From NCBI GenBank assembly GCA_036507075.1, contig DASXQR010000167.1:13516-77515 (forward strand): a stretch of 64,000 bases of DNA. Direction: 5' to 3'. This stretch comes from Acidobacteriota bacterium. GTDB lineage: Bacteria; Acidobacteriota; UBA6911; JACQSX01. This document shows positions 51,566-61,564 of this stretch, one piece after another. The translations under genes and the position numbers were made by a program. Every line of letters begins with the position of its first letter. Within the stretch, counting starts at the first letter, position 1. Below the pieces are notes generated by a model. That model did no database searches and was not told the origin of the DNA. It saw nothing but the letters and a program-made list of their open reading frames with translations.

Positions 51566-52528
51566 TCAAGCAGGCATCATCTGCTGCAGCCGTTGGGACT
51601 CCTCGCCGAGCCACTTGGGATTCAGGGCGGTGGCATCGAAAAGCGACGTCGTCTTGAACAGCTCAAAGTCGCCGCGTGATGCCGCTTGGGACGTCTTGGC
51701 CAGCAGCGCCTTCACTTCGGCTTTGCTCATCGGCCGGAAGGTGCTCGCTGTTTTGAAGGCCTGTTCCAGGATTTTCATGCTGTCTATGCCGGTAATGACG
51801 ACCGAAGTCGGCAGGTTCAGGGCATACTGGAGACATTCAACGGCCGTCACGGTTTTCGACTTCAATATCAGGCCGTTGGCCATGGACTTCATGCCGAGCA
51901 CGCCGATTTTCTGCTTTACGAGCTCGGGGAGAACCAGTTTTTCAAAGCTTCGGTAGTGCGCGTCCATGACGCTGAGGGGCATCTGGACCGCGTCGAACGT
52001 GAATTTGTTTTCTTTTGCCACTTCGAGCGTGTGCAGATGGATGCGCGGGTCCTTGTGTCCGGTAAATCCGATGTAACGGAGCTTGCCTGCTTTGCGTGCC
52101 TCAAGGAGCGCCGCGTTTGCGCCGTCTTCCTCAAACATGCGATGCGGATCCTCGTAGCGGATAACCTCATGGTGCTGGACCAGGTCGATGCAGTCGGCTT
52201 GGAGGCGGCGCAGCGATTCTTCCAGTTGCCTGGCGGCTTCTTCCTTCGATCGACCGTCGATCTTCGTCATCAGGAACGCTTTCTTCCGGTAACCGTCGCG
52301 GAGCGCTTTACCCATGCGCGTCTCGCTGAGGCCGTCATTGTAGTCCCAGGAGTTGTCCATGAAATTGATGCCGCCATCGATTGCTTCGCGAACGATGCGA
52401 ATGCTCAATGCCTCGTTGACGTGCTTCAGGCCAAGATGCCAGCCCCCGAGGCCAATAGCGGAGACCCTTTCTCCGGTGCTGCCGAGAATCCGATAAGGAA
52501 TTTCCGCATGCGCTTTGTTTTTAGACAT
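51566..52528 (-). CDS. aldo/keto reductase
   Basis: VSAIGLGG, DNSWDY, TK, SLRRLQADCIDL; GGAGG RBS. Confidence 0.92.
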   Translation of the reverse strand: MSKNKAHAEIPYRILGSTGERVSAIGLGGWHLGLKHVNEALSIRIVREAIDGGINFMDNSWDYNDGLSETRMGKALRDGYRKKAFLMTKIDGRSKEEAARQLEESLRRLQADCIDLVQHHEVIRYEDPHRMFEEDGANAALLEARKAGKLRYIGFTGHKDPRIHLHTLEVAKENKFTFDAVQMPLSVMDAHYRSFEKLVLPELVKQKIGVLGMKSMANGLILKSKTVTAVECLQYALNLPTSVVITGIDSMKILEQAFKTASTFRPMSKAEVKALLAKTSQAASRGDFELFKTTSLFDATALNPKWLGEESQRLQQMMPA

Positions 52529-52723
52529 TGTTCCCTCCATCCTGAATCGGCCCGACATAATGAACTTGTAAATATGCTTGTATGATACCGCGTTGCCAAA
52601 TGACTGGCACGTCGGAACCTGTGAAACAATTGAACCGCGAAGATCCACTACTAGCCTGGATTATTCATGAAGTCAAAATTAGCGTAGCGCCCCGGTACAT
52701 ATCTGGAACCCGGCCACATTGCT

Positions 52724-52814
52724 TTCACCGCAGAGGCGCACAGTACGCTGAGTTTTCGCAGAGGCTGGACTGCAACTCTGCGGGCCTCGGCGATCTCGGC
52801 GCCTCTGCGGTGAA
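52724..52814. repeat. REP-like inverted pair
   Basis: TTCACCGCAGAGGCGC ... GCGCCTCTGCGGTGAA. Confidence 0.75.
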
Positions 52815-53083
52815 CCCGTGTGACGAGTCTCCCCCGGATGGCGGAAATTTGGGGACTGTCCCCATTTTGAGGAGGGGGAGGCCAGGGAAGCAGTAAATGT
52901 TCGTCCACCAATACATTTTCAGAAACGCGGGGACGGCAACGGGATCGGCGGCGATTTGAATGCGATATGACCAAGGCTGCACCTCAAAGAATTGGTGATT
53001 CCAACCACATTCGGTACCACTCTGTTTATCTAGCATAGGCTAGTCCCGACAGGAAAATTCCGCGCAAGCCAAATGGTCGAGCC

Positions 53084-53530
53084 TTGGCACCACTGTGCCG
53101 TCTTTTGACGCGGCCTACCTGGGAGATTGCTTTGGACGACTGTCTTAGAAGAGCGGCCGACATTGAGGAGCAATTGCAAAAGGCCGAGAAGAAGATTCGA
53201 TATTACCCCTCATTGTCAAAATCGTTCGATTTTCTGCAGAGAAACTTGAGCATCAAAATTACGATAACTCGTGCAGCAGAGGAAGCCGCCATGTCCTCTT
53301 CCGCATTCTCTCGGGCCTTCAAGGGGGCGACCGGCTTTTCTTTCCATCAATTTCTAATTCTGCAAGGTCTTCGCAGGGCAATTAAGGCAATAGAAGCTTC
53401 TGACGAATCGCTGACAATTATTGCCATCCAGGCGGGATTCGAGAATTTGTGGTCGCTGGAGTATAACTTTAAGCGCCACATCGGCTGCGAACCCTCTGAG
53501 TACCGCGAAGCTTTCCTTTCCACGTTGTAA
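53084..53530 (+). CDS. AraC-family HTH protein (DNA-binding domain only)
   Basis: AEEAAMSSSAFSRAFK...IAIQAGF...FKRHIGCEPSEYR. Confidence 0.8.
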   Translation: MAPLCRLLTRPTWEIALDDCLRRAADIEEQLQKAEKKIRYYPSLSKSFDFLQRNLSIKITITRAAEEAAMSSSAFSRAFKGATGFSFHQFLILQGLRRAIKAIEASDESLTIIAIQAGFENLWSLEYNFKRHIGCEPSEYREAFLSTL

Positions 53531-54082
53531 ACTCCGCAACCAGGTCCCGGATCATTCATAAACTGAAAGAATTGGCCGCTGATCTACTCGGAAAACACGG
53601 ATTAGTATCGGGGTCGAGGGATGGGCTCCATCACTGCACTGTGTCAGTTTCGCCGAGCATCGACGCCCATCCCTCGACCCCGATACCATCAGCATTGTCC
53701 GCGTAAATCGGCGGCTAGTTCCTGCAGTTTGTGAATAATCCGGGCAGGTCGGGGGCATTTTTCCAATTTTCCAAGTCGCTTTTCCAAAAAGTTAGCTTGG
53801 TTTTTCAAAGCGGGCCCGCTGTCAGCAACCTACACTGATTGCAGGTTGGGGGTTACAAGGAAAAGAAAATCTGAGTCTCTGAAGACAGGCCAAACTCTCC
53901 ACGGTCAGTTTTCGGAGGTCCAATCGGTCGGTTCCGAGAGAGTTTCCTTCCTGAGACTTATCGTCCTTCAACTGGCGGGAGAGAGTGCGCGCAATCTTTA
54001 CCGAAACTGCTGACGAAAGGAGGCAAAGCTTCAAGTCCAATGAAAACGTTTCGGTTAAAACGACTTTTATTTAGGGGGCAAT

Positions 54083-55132
54083 ATGATTGCAAGCATTGCG
54101 CAGTGTCGAATTTTAAGATTGTTCAGTTGTTTTTTGGTCGTGCTTTGGGCGCTTCCTTCCGCTAGCTCTCTGACTCAAACATTCGGCGCAAACGGAGGTT
54201 TCAGCGGTCGGGCGATAGTCGTGAATGCCACGGTGCTGGACCAGCAAATAACTCGGTCTGACACCGGTGAGCTGGATGGCAGTGGAGGTGAAAAGGAAGC
54301 TTCGCTTCTGGAAGCAAACGTTCCCGGACTGCTTGCCGCCCAGGTTTTGCACGCTTTCACTGTTGGCCACGGCAACAACAGCCGATCGGAGGCCTCTGTG
54401 GCAAACTTGAGCCTGACGCTTCCGGACAACACGATCGGAGGGGGTTTTACGATCGGAGCGGATTTTCTCTCGTCCAGGGCCGAAGCAAAATGCAACGGTG
54501 GATCTGCCTCGGTCAGCGGCAGTTCTGAGATTGCGAACCTGACGTTCAACGGGCAGGGCCTTCAGGTTAGCGGTGAACCCAATCAAACCATTGATCTTCC
54601 AGGCGGTATCAACATCAAAATCAATGAGCAAACGTCAAGTGTAAGCGAACAAAACGGCGAAATCACCGTAAACGCACTGCACATTATCGTGTTCGGAGTG
54701 GCAGATGTAATCATCTCCTCGGCTCATGCAGACATCAGTTGTCCCACACCTCCGCCGCCTTGCCCGGGCTCCGACTTTGTCACCGGCGGAGGATGGATAA
54801 TTCCCAGTGCCAACAGCAGAGCAAATTTTGCCGTCGCAGGTGGGGTCAAGCAGGGCGCTCTATGGGGTCACCTGCTCTATATTGACCATGGAACGGGCAC
54901 GAAGGTAAAGGGGACCGGCGTTACCAAGTATACGACTACCGGCGAAACGTCACGCCACGTCGAGGGGACCTGTGACATCAATGGCGTTGCCGGAACTTAT
55001 TTCGTGGATGTGGCTGACAACGGCGAACCGGGACGCGCCGACACGTTCAGCATCAGCTTGTCGGACGGATACTCTGCCGTAAATACATTGGCGGGCGGTA
55101 ATATTCAGCTCCACACACCTTGCAGCAAATAG
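54083..55132 (+). CDS. exported choice-of-anchor-P-like protein with post-COAP-like C-terminal domain
   Basis: Signal; PNQTIDL, INEQ, ITVNALHI; then FVTGGGWI...DNGEPG..DTF...GGNIQLH. Confidence 0.65.
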   Translation: MIASIAQCRILRLFSCFLVVLWALPSASSLTQTFGANGGFSGRAIVVNATVLDQQITRSDTGELDGSGGEKEASLLEANVPGLLAAQVLHAFTVGHGNNSRSEASVANLSLTLPDNTIGGGFTIGADFLSSRAEAKCNGGSASVSGSSEIANLTFNGQGLQVSGEPNQTIDLPGGINIKINEQTSSVSEQNGEITVNALHIIVFGVADVIISSAHADISCPTPPPPCPGSDFVTGGGWIIPSANSRANFAVAGGVKQGALWGHLLYIDHGTGTKVKGTGVTKYTTTGETSRHVEGTCDINGVAGTYFVDVADNGEPGRADTFSISLSDGYSAVNTLAGGNIQLHTPCSK

Positions 55133-55150
55133 CCTGTCGAAAAGGGATAC

Positions 55151-55190
55151 AGGTCTTGAAATCTCACTTTTGATCGAGATTTCAAGACTT
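55151..55190. repeat. palindrome between convergent genes (REP-like or terminator)
   Basis: GTCTTGAAATCTC-N10-GAGATTTCAAGAC. Confidence 0.55.
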
Positions 55191-55277
55191 GCACCTGCAG
55201 CGTCGCGGGATACCAAACTCTAAAAGAATGATCACCACAAAGACACAAAGGACACCAAGACGCGTTTGGTTGCGGCT

Positions 55278-58200
55278 TTACTGCGGCGGGACGGCCGTAA
55301 GGCTGTCGGGCAGCACCACAAGTTCAAAGCTTAAAAGCGGAACACTGCTCTCGATAACAATGTAACCGCCCAGGATCGGCTTCAGATCGGGAACAAGCTC
55401 ATTTAGAAGTCTGACCACGCGCTGCCTCGGGGTGAGAAGGGCCAAGCTGGCAGACTGCGCCACCAGTTTTCCGTCTGGTGTGAAAACCTTTACTGTATAA
55501 AACCCCAACTGGGCGTTGGGATTCAGCAGCGCGATCCCCGTCAGATAAAAAGAGTCACCGGCGCTTCCATGGGCCGCCTGCGAAAACACAATTCTGCTTT
55601 TCGGAACTGTTTCTATGGGTACCGCCACCAGATACTTGTTATCCGTCTGGCCAAAGCGCACGCTTCCCATCAGTCCGGCATAAAAGCTTCTGATTTCGAT
55701 GGAACCGACATAGGACTTTACAAGGTTGGTGATTCCGAAAAGCTGAAGCACAGATATTTCCCGCGATTCATTGGGTCTGAGAGTCACCAGCACGGAAGAT
55801 AACTCTTCGAAGCGCTGTCCGCCGTCGTTGAAGGCAGTCAACGTCAGTTGCAGGTCCTGAGCTGTCGGGTTCACCAGATTAAGGATGGTAAACAACCGCA
55901 CCCCTCCGCCGAGCGGCAACTCGGCAAAGTGCGGCACGTACATCACAGTGCTGCTTCCCGCTTCAGATACGCCGCGCAAACGGAGTCCGGTTCGTCGCTG
56001 ATCGCCATGAATCTCAAAACCCGCCACCGGCTGGTCGCTGCGCACGCGGATATATCCGGATGCCAGCGGCGCAGTCACAAACTCAGAAAGAAGCCTCCTG
56101 GCATGGCCGAAGGGACTGATGGTCAGCAAAACCGGCTGCGGCAGCGCCGCTTCGCCCGAGTTTTTATATACTCTCAATTCAACGTTGGCGGAGGCGGCGT
56201 TCGGGTTGACCAGATTGATTTCCGTCTCGATCCCTGTTGCCGGGTCCGAAGCGCCCGCCAGCAGGAATACAGAATCGCTGGAGGTGGTTGCCGAAGCGTC
56301 CGAGCCCGGCAGCGAGCCGGAATTGCCATAAAGGAAAATTCCTTTCACGGCCTCTGAGCTGCTGTGAATTTCAAGCCACCCGGCCGCGAGCGACTTATAA
56401 CCGAACAGTTCGGTGTCCAGGACGGCCATCTGCTTTCCGGCGCCCAGCGTAAAAATCTGGGGGTTATCCGCGCTGATCAGTTGGCCGTCGCGATCGAGCA
56501 GAATCAGACCGACCAGTGCGTCTGTCGAGCCGGAATTGGAAAGAGCAATTCCGGTGAATGTGCCCGTATCGGAAGAAACCCTCGGTATCCGCAAGGCGCT
56601 GGTGGTGGGATAAATCACCAGAGTGTACGGGCCCTTCGATTCGCCCTGATTCGGCTCGCGCGAATAAGATGAAACGCGGATGATCAGGTTTTCCGTGTTC
56701 CGACTGGTGAACACCAGTCGCGAGTCTTGAATGACGCCCTCTCTGATGTCGTCGTTCTCCAGGAAGCCGGATCCCTGAGGGATACTGTTGCCGTTTACAT
56801 CCAGAACGGAAAGGAATGAATCGAGGCTCGAACGCGGCACGCTGCGCGTGGCAAAGATTTCAATCACATAGAGCTGGTTGGCCCGCGCGGGGAAGCGATA
56901 AAAATCGACATCGTTGTTGGCGCTGATTTCACCGCTGATCACGAATTGATTCTCTGAAAGCACCTGGGCCGTTGCTACACTGTCGTTGGATTCCGTTTCT
57001 GCCAATTGGGGCATTGGAAGATTGTTGCGAAGTATCTTGCGCTCGCCAAAGATCTCAAGGAGCAGCGCCTTATTCGCTCCCTTGGTGAGCTTCTCATCCA
57101 CTGTGATCAGGGCTTGGGCCGCTTCGGCGAAGCTGGCGTCGCTACGATAAAGGAACTGGCTCTCCAGCAGCAGGCGCATCAGGCGGTCGCGCGCTTCGAG
57201 ATTGCGGCCGGATCTGATGAAGAACTGCCACAGGGCTCCCGACCAGATAGTGCCGTTTCGGTGCTCGTCGCCCGCGAGATCAAAGTTTAGGAAAGTTCGA
57301 GTTCCATCTACCGCCCGCAGAAACGGAACCGGCACGTTACCGTTGTAAAAAGAAGCATCCCACTCTCCCACCAGTTCATCGTGAAAGCCGTCCGAGAACG
57401 GCACGAAAAACAAGGCCGCAAGAGTATCGCCAAACCCTTCTCCCAGCGCTAGGGCTTCGGGAGATCGCCCAAACCCGGGAATCTGGTTATCCTGAATCGA
57501 GTGACCGTACTCATGCGCCACAATCTCGCCATCTTCGGCGTCGTGAATTCCTCCCAGGCCAAAAACCAGTTCCTTCGTCGACGGACTGTAGAATGAATTA
57601 TCCTGAGATCTTCCGAAATTGATAAATCCGCTCGCGTTCACACGAATCGAGCGGTTGTTGACTCCGTTGAAACCGATGAGATGGATATAACGCTGGATCG
57701 AGTCAATTGTGTAGTAGGCGTTGACTTCGTTGAACCGGGGATCGCAGCGCTCGTAAACAAAATCGGGGTTACCCTTGGCGCGAATGTCCGAGGGAACGCC
57801 GCTGCCTCCGGTTGAAACAAATTCCCCGTCCAGCATGCCCGAGGAAGCGGAAAGGCCCAGCAGCTCGACTTCACGATAAGCCGACAACGGCACCGCGGAC
57901 CTGTCACAGTTAGCTTCCGCAGTTGTCTGGTTGCGGCCCGAGTCCTGGGCTGCAAGATCGCGCAGGCCGGGATTTTTCAAGGTCACAATCGGATTGGGAA
58001 ACAGGACGCGCCCGCGCGCAAACTGGAGCAAGTCTCGCTTCTCCAGAATCGTTCCGGACTCAGCGTCCACAAGGTAAATCCAGTCGCCCAGAGGATCATT
58101 GGCGGCGACGGAGACTTCCCAGGCGTGAATCAACGCCCCGGCGCGCGGCGCAAAAACCAGCTCTGCGCGCCCGGGAGCCCGCAGCGTGGTCAAGTCCGGT

Positions 58201-58706
58201 TTAAGGTCCTGCAGGACCAGGGAAAGAGCCCCCGGTTCATTCAATCGGATCTGATTGGCGACCCGGTCTGCGGAAGCGGACTGATTGTTAATCCAGAAAA
58301 GCCTGCCGGCCGGGTCCAGGTGGAGCGAAATCTGCGTGCCTTCAATTCGCAGTCCCCGGTAGCGCTGCTCGAAGTGTACATGCGTTCCGGAAAGACTCTG
58401 CTTGCGCTCTACCAATGCGAGTTCCGTGCTTGCCGGAATATCCAGCAACTCTCCTTGCTGGCGCACAAACTGCTCGGCGACGGCTTCCAACTGGCCCGCT
58501 GGAAGGCGCAAAAGCCCGGATCGAAGCTGGCGCACGCGCTCGACTGTATCATCCCACTCCATTTGCCAGGGGATCGAGGAGACGCTGTTGAGCCGGCCAA
58601 GCAGAAATTTTTTCTCGAGCAGCCGTTCTCCCCGCCGGAGCTGCGTCTGTCCGGACGCGGGGGCTGTGAGAAGAGCAACTAAGGCAAGGAAAAAGAGCTT
58701 TTTCAT
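55278..58706 (-). CDS. exported M36/M4-type zinc metallopeptidase with propeptide, PPC-like domain and C-terminal beta-rich modules
   Basis: HVHFEQRYRG and WIYLVDAESG propeptide motifs; AHEYGH + GEGFGD zinc ligands; DVDFYRF; VPHFAE and FSQAAHG modules. Confidence 0.88.
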   Translation of the reverse strand: MKKLFFLALVALLTAPASGQTQLRRGERLLEKKFLLGRLNSVSSIPWQMEWDDTVERVRQLRSGLLRLPAGQLEAVAEQFVRQQGELLDIPASTELALVERKQSLSGTHVHFEQRYRGLRIEGTQISLHLDPAGRLFWINNQSASADRVANQIRLNEPGALSLVLQDLKPDLTTLRAPGRAELVFAPRAGALIHAWEVSVAANDPLGDWIYLVDAESGTILEKRDLLQFARGRVLFPNPIVTLKNPGLRDLAAQDSGRNQTTAEANCDRSAVPLSAYREVELLGLSASSGMLDGEFVSTGGSGVPSDIRAKGNPDFVYERCDPRFNEVNAYYTIDSIQRYIHLIGFNGVNNRSIRVNASGFINFGRSQDNSFYSPSTKELVFGLGGIHDAEDGEIVAHEYGHSIQDNQIPGFGRSPEALALGEGFGDTLAALFFVPFSDGFHDELVGEWDASFYNGNVPVPFLRAVDGTRTFLNFDLAGDEHRNGTIWSGALWQFFIRSGRNLEARDRLMRLLLESQFLYRSDASFAEAAQALITVDEKLTKGANKALLLEIFGERKILRNNLPMPQLAETESNDSVATAQVLSENQFVISGEISANNDVDFYRFPARANQLYVIEIFATRSVPRSSLDSFLSVLDVNGNSIPQGSGFLENDDIREGVIQDSRLVFTSRNTENLIIRVSSYSREPNQGESKGPYTLVIYPTTSALRIPRVSSDTGTFTGIALSNSGSTDALVGLILLDRDGQLISADNPQIFTLGAGKQMAVLDTELFGYKSLAAGWLEIHSSSEAVKGIFLYGNSGSLPGSDASATTSSDSVFLLAGASDPATGIETEINLVNPNAASANVELRVYKNSGEAALPQPVLLTISPFGHARRLLSEFVTAPLASGYIRVRSDQPVAGFEIHGDQRRTGLRLRGVSEAGSSTVMYVPHFAELPLGGGVRLFTILNLVNPTAQDLQLTLTAFNDGGQRFEELSSVLVTLRPNESREISVLQLFGITNLVKSYVGSIEIRSFYAGLMGSVRFGQTDNKYLVAVPIETVPKSRIVFSQAAHGSAGDSFYLTGIALLNPNAQLGFYTVKVFTPDGKLVAQSASLALLTPRQRVVRLLNELVPDLKPILGGYIVIESSVPLLSFELVVLPDSLTAVPPQ

Positions 58707-58851
58707 CCGGTGAGAAATGCCTTCAGACGGGCGTTGCCCAATTATAACCCATTAGCCGCCGGTAGTGGGCTAGTTTGGCTGTTTTCTGGTGGCCGTAAAT
58801 CCTCTTCTCGATAGCAGCCAAACTGGACCACACTCCGGCCGGTGGCCTAAC

Positions 58852-58880
58852 TTGACGGCCCTGGCACTGTCCCATAAAAT
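58852..58880 (+). promoter_or_regulatory. sigma70 promoter of the tRNA
   Basis: TTGACG-17 bp-TAAAAT. Confidence 0.75.
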
Positions 58881-58894
58881 GAATTTTCTTTTTT

Positions 58895-58971
58895 GGGCCC
58901 ATAGCTCAGTTGGTCAGAGCATCTGACTCATAATCAGACGGTCCTTGGTTCGAGTCCAAGTGGGCCCACCA
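58895..58971 (+). tRNA. tRNA with CAT anticodon, probably tRNA-Ile2 (lysidine)
   Basis: Full cloverleaf GGGCCCA...TCTGA-CTCATAA-TCAGA...GGTTCGAGTCC...TGGGCCC-A-CCA; paired 1-72 and no GGG/CCC anticodon stem, so not initiator. Confidence 0.93.
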
Positions 58972-59243
58972 GGTGACAAGTTTGCCGTGGGACGAATTGC
59001 CGGTTCTCGGTCTTGGTGGCCGATATCCTGTGTCTTTTGTATCGCGTGAGTTGCCGCAGCCGTCCAACTGTGGAACCCTTTGGCGCTGATGACTATTCAT
59101 TTTTCAATCTCAAGAGGCACCACCGGTCCCTTTGCGCTGGTAACTGGTGCTCCTGATTACTGGTCGCTTGAACGACGCAAGCTCAAGTTTTTCACTACCG
59201 GCCGCTCTCCAAACCGGCGGACCGGCGGAGGAGGGCAGCACCT

Positions 59244-59957
59244 GTGAATTCTGAACTGGTGCAGCTGATCCATCTTCAGGCCCTCGATCTTGAGATCCAG
59301 GGCCTCACGCGCCAGCGCGATACTTTCCCCCAGCAAATCAAGTCCCTCGAACAAGAAATCAAAAAAGCAGAAAGCAGCGTTCAGGATTCCCACGCCGAAA
59401 TGGACCGGCTGCGCAAAGAACGCCGGCGCCTGGAAGGCGAGGTGGACTCGCTGCGCGCCAGGTTGAGCAAGTACAAAGATCAGTTGATGGCCGTCAAGAC
59501 CAACAAAGAGTACACGGCCATGTTGCACGAGATTGAAGGGTGCAACAAGGAAATCACTTCGAAAGAAGACGAAATCCTGGCGATCATGGAGAAGGTCGAG
59601 AATCAGGAGAAGTCGATCACAGTAGGTCAGAAGGACTTCGCCGCCCGGCGCGAGCAGGTGCAAAAGCACCAGAGCGATTTAAAGAAACAGATGGATGCCG
59701 CAGATGCGCAGATCAAATCGCTCATGGCCGATCGCAGCCGGATGCTGGGGAACATTTCCGCTTCACTGATCAGCATGTACGATCGGATTGCCCGCGCGAG
59801 AAAGGGAATTGCGCTCGCCGAAGCGCGCGATCAATCCTGTCAGGTTTGCCATGTACGCCTCCGGCCGCAGATGTTCAATGAGATCAAAAAAAACCAGCAG
59901 ATCATCACCTGCGAAAGCTGCAACCGGATCCTCTACTATCCGGCAACGGCTTCATGA
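59244..59957 (+). CDS. coiled-coil C4-type zinc-ribbon protein (DUF164 family)
   Basis: LQALD start, long coiled coil, CQVCH...CESCNRILY. Confidence 0.9.
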   Translation: MNSELVQLIHLQALDLEIQGLTRQRDTFPQQIKSLEQEIKKAESSVQDSHAEMDRLRKERRRLEGEVDSLRARLSKYKDQLMAVKTNKEYTAMLHEIEGCNKEITSKEDEILAIMEKVENQEKSITVGQKDFAARREQVQKHQSDLKKQMDAADAQIKSLMADRSRMLGNISASLISMYDRIARARKGIALAEARDQSCQVCHVRLRPQMFNEIKKNQQIITCESCNRILYYPATAS

Positions 59958-60715
59958 ACCTGATTCGCCAGTCCTACCTGAGTATCACTGATTTCGAGTT
60001 CTATCGATCTATCGTGCGCCAGCCCCTGTGGCGATCCGTGGTTTACCTGCTGTTCTGGGTAACTCTGTCTGCCGTCTTCACGGCCGCAGTTTTCTTCATG
60101 CAGGTCTACCACAAGATGAATGAAACCGCCGAATGGGTGATGCAAAAACTGCCTCCGATGGAAGTAAAGCAAGGCAAGTTGTCCGCGCCGGTTACAGAGC
60201 CGCTGCGGCTGGCTCGTCAGAATCCCGATCTGCGCATCGTAGTCGACCCTACCGACATGGTGCAAAAGGCGGAAAAGGGCACTGGCATGGAAGTGATCTT
60301 TAATTCTAATCGAATATATTTCCGCTACCAGGGAAGAGAGGATGCCTACGTCTTTCGAAAGGAGGATAACTTCCAGGTTAACCGGAAGAATCTCCAATAT
60401 GCCTTCCGCCTTTTAAAGCTGCTTTCAATCCCGGTAGGACTGGTCTTCTTCTGGCCCGTTAACTGGGTGCTCAAGGCCTTCCAGCTTTTCTTCCTTGTGC
60501 TCGGCGGGCTTCTGGTGCGCAGCGGTCCATGGAAGCAGTTGAAGTGGAATCACTGGCTCAACATCGCCATTTACGCTCTCACTCCGGCGATTTTGATCGG
60601 CATGATATTTGAGCCCACCACTGTACGGGTGGAGATTTCATGGTTGTTTTACATCAGTACGGCCATGCTCTATATGCTGATGGCCGCGCAGCGCTGCATC
60701 GCAGGAAAGGAATAG
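59954..60715 (+). CDS. DUF1189-like membrane protein
   Basis: N-terminal TM, LPPMEVKQGKL soluble domain, C-terminal TMs with IAIYALTP. Confidence 0.6.
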   Translation: MNLIRQSYLSITDFEFYRSIVRQPLWRSVVYLLFWVTLSAVFTAAVFFMQVYHKMNETAEWVMQKLPPMEVKQGKLSAPVTEPLRLARQNPDLRIVVDPTDMVQKAEKGTGMEVIFNSNRIYFRYQGREDAYVFRKEDNFQVNRKNLQYAFRLLKLLSIPVGLVFFWPVNWVLKAFQLFFLVLGGLLVRSGPWKQLKWNHWLNIAIYALTPAILIGMIFEPTTVRVEISWLFYISTAMLYMLMAAQRCIAGKE

Positions 60716-60905
60716 TCACCAGTCATCGGTCACTGGTCATCAGTTATGGTGGTCGGGTTACGGGTTTTCGGGTTGCGGGTTATCCAGAAACTGTAGTGCG
60801 GCCTGACATGGCCAATTCCATAACTCCCCCAACCGTAACCGACAACCGATGACTAATGATCGATGACCAATGACTAATGACCGATGACCGATGACCGATG
60901 ACCGA
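60713..60905. repeat. inverted heptamer arrays
   Basis: (GTCAyyr)n at 60713-60744 facing (TGACCGA/TGACTAA)n at 60845-60905, with an inner CGGGTT/AACCG array pair. Confidence 0.8.
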
Positions 60906-60919
60906 ACCAGCCGTACCTT

Positions 60920-61321
60920 TTAGTTCCTGTGACGTCGCTGGCGATCCTCGGGAGTCAGGAATCCGTCGTGGTTGCGGTCTGCCCTGTCAAATAATTCAGG
61001 CGCGCCTTTCCATTCTTCCCGCGAGATCTTTCCATCACCGTTCGCATCCATCCCGCGGAGTTTTTCGTGCGCGCGGTGGCCGGCCTGTTTGCGCAGGTCG
61101 CCGCGGGCGAAGCGAAGCTCATCCTGCGTCAAAGTCCCGCTGTTGTCGCGATCGATCCTGTTGAAGATCTCATCTTTGCCCGGAAATTCGTCGCGACTGA
61201 TCATCTGATCATGGTTCTTGTCGAGTCGCTCAAAACGGGCGCCCCTCCTGGGCTCTGCGGAAGCGGTCAAAAACAGCCCGGCGCTCAGGGTTGTCATTAT
61301 TACGAGATTTTGCAGTTTCAT
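60920..61321 (-). CDS. exported EF-hand protein
   Basis: Signal MKLQNLVIM...; DKNHDQMIS, DRDNSGTLT, DANGDGKIS, DRNHDGFLT loops. Confidence 0.88.
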   Translation of the reverse strand: MKLQNLVIMTTLSAGLFLTASAEPRRGARFERLDKNHDQMISRDEFPGKDEIFNRIDRDNSGTLTQDELRFARGDLRKQAGHRAHEKLRGMDANGDGKISREEWKGAPELFDRADRNHDGFLTPEDRQRRHRN

Positions 61322-61389
61322 CTGTGTACCTCTTTTCAAAGTTAACATTTGGACAGCGGACGTGGCGGTGCGGTTTACAAGCGGGCGCA

Positions 61390-61564
61390 AGGGACTGAGG
61401 GACTGAGGGACTGAGGGACTGAGGGACTGAGGGACTGAGAGACTGAGGGACTGAGGGACTGAGAGACTGAGGGACTGAGGGATTGAGAGACTGAGGGACT
61501 GAGGGACTGAGGGACTGAGGGACTGAGGGACTGAGAGAATGAGGGACTGAGGGACTGAGAGACT
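61390..61564. repeat. octamer tandem repeat (AGGGACTG)n, about 22 units
   Basis: Directly visible, with AGAGACTG/AGGGATTG/AGAGAATG variants. Confidence 0.95.

Noticed and set aside
53984..54045. c-di-GMP-I riboswitch (GAAA...GCAAAG)
   Set aside because: The GGCAAAC/GNRA P2 stem and P3 arrangement cannot be built
58895..58971. Initiator tRNA-fMet
   Set aside because: G1-C72 is paired and the anticodon stem lacks three consecutive G-C pairs
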